Positions 62,679 to 64,000 of a stretch of 64,000 nucleotides of DNA are shown one piece after another. Under the pieces are notes generated by a model. The model had not been told where the DNA came from. It saw only the letters and a list, made by a program, of their open reading frames with translations, and searched no databases. Position 1 is the stretch's first letter. Each line of letters starts with the position of its first letter. The DNA comes from Mobula hypostoma (taxonomy: Eukaryota), in NCBI RefSeq assembly GCF_963921235.1, contig NC_086129.1, positions 25,668,001-25,732,000 on the forward strand, given 5' to 3'. The translations under genes were made by a program, and so were the position numbers.

Positions 62679-63507
62679 TGCAACGCTTTCACCAGGCTCA
62701 TATACAAACTTGGCTGTTAGCTAACTCTGCTAACAACCACGTGGCTCAGCGGTGAGAAGGACACGTTTCATAAGCAAGCTAAGTCTAGGGTCAGTATGAT
62801 TTGGGGTTCAACCAAACCAGAAAGTTGGGATGTTCCGATTAAAGAACAGTGATTTTCGCAAGTTCTGTGTAAATACTGCCCATACACAATTATTGGCCAC
62901 CAAGAAATGACAGATCATACACCATCATAAAATTACAAAAAAAGTATATTTACCGATTTCCAACTTTATCAAACAGTTAATATGAATAGAAAAAGAAAAA
63001 TAAACAGGCTATTTCAGTTAAACCAGTCCAATAAGCACATAAACATTGGAGCTCGTTTCTGTAGTAGCTGGGTGTATCACTTTACTCACGGCGCTGAATT
63101 CCTATCACCAACCACAGGTAGAACTCCCCTTCTCAAAATCCTTTGTCTCACAAAGCACTCCTTGCAATAGGATCTCTCCTTCGAACAGCATTCTGCAGCA
63201 TCTTCCTTTGTGCCCCGTTCAGCAGCTCCTGCTCAAAGACCCCAAACCAGACCTACTGTCTTTCAGAAATCTCATCCCACCCAGCTCTCGAGTACGTTCT
63301 CTTGCATCTCACTGGGCACAAGGTTACAACACGTACCCAGACAATCCTGATTAGCTGACACAACATTCCTAATTTAGGCAACACGGCACCTTATCTTCAG
63401 CCGAAGCCAAAACACCCTTACTAGCAGGACACACTGCTTTTACAGAAAACTGCTAAAATAAAAATACCTCACAACATAGCAGTAGACACCTTACCCAGGG
63501 CTTTACA
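62679..63507. mobile_element. Solo LTR (829 bp), Gypsy-like
   Basis: tgcaacgc ... gctttaca inverted termini with 4-bp TSD tgta (62675-62678 and 63508-63511); no internal coding region. Confidence 0.7.
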
Positions 63508-64000
63508 TGTACAATATCATTCCAGGGTGGAGCAATATTCCATTACGGAACATCATATTCCATCATCCTGTTGGTACAGACACTATTGTCAACTCTTGCC
63601 AAGTTCAAGGCTAAACAGTAAACAGCATAAGGGACAGGCCAAAGGCTGGGATCACAGCTTGAATTCTAATGGCACAGGTTTAATACTATTGATAAATCAG
63701 TTGAAAGCCTCTTAATCACTGATGTCGCCTACATCATATACTAAAGACTTTTGAACCTGTTCATAACTGTGGGCAACTGTTTAACAATTTCTGTGACATC
63801 CATCTGTCCATTGTTTTAGTAAAGGCATTGATCTTTTTAAAATAACTGACTTGATGCCTGTGCAGTATACAGGGATGTCCTTGGATTACTGGAACAGAAT
63901 GGCAACATGGAAAAGATCCAGTTTTCTCAAATAGATCTTAAGACCGCACGGCAACAGCAACGTATAACATTATAAAAATCCCACCATAGCCTGCACAAGA

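Larger units (their letters stand above)
7703..64000 (-). other. Large intron (>56 kb) between the Ig1 exon (outside the window) and the first Ig2 exon
   Basis: No Ig1-like coding sequence (e.g. PRIVEHP...ASLEVA) seen by eye. The region is repeats plus unique non-coding DNA. Confidence 0.75.

Overview
Eukaryotic, repeat-rich vertebrate genomic DNA. The repeat complement (CR1 and Rex/Babar-type LINEs, V-SINEs, Deu-domain SINEs, Penelope-like fold-backs) suggests a cartilaginous fish, probably a ray (inference). The whole window lies inside one minus-strand Roundabout receptor gene, most like ROBO3. Four phase-compatible coding exons for Ig2-Ig3 are at 7702-7545, 7036-6916, 4215-4077 and 2678-2551. 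Everything above 7702 appears to be one intron of more than 56 kb, since I found no Ig1 exon. Main points of interest: (1) a candidate 24-nt frame-preserving microexon (1468-1445) flanked by YCAY clusters, at the Ig3-Ig4 junction where ROBO1/2 carry NOVA-regulated microexons; (2) a truncated retrovirus-like element in the host-sense orientation, with LTR, tRNA-Leu PBS, splice donor and a gag that seems to have a hydrophobic leader in place of matrix; (3) Penelope-type fold-back elements carrying hammerhead ribozyme motifs; (4) composite hAT MITEs, a Charlie/Buster transposase fossil, a solo LTR and a double-tailed LINE insertion. Most ORFs in the supplied track are spurious or transposon-derived. 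Boundaries of old repeats are approximate, and repeat family names come from recalled motifs rather than a database search.
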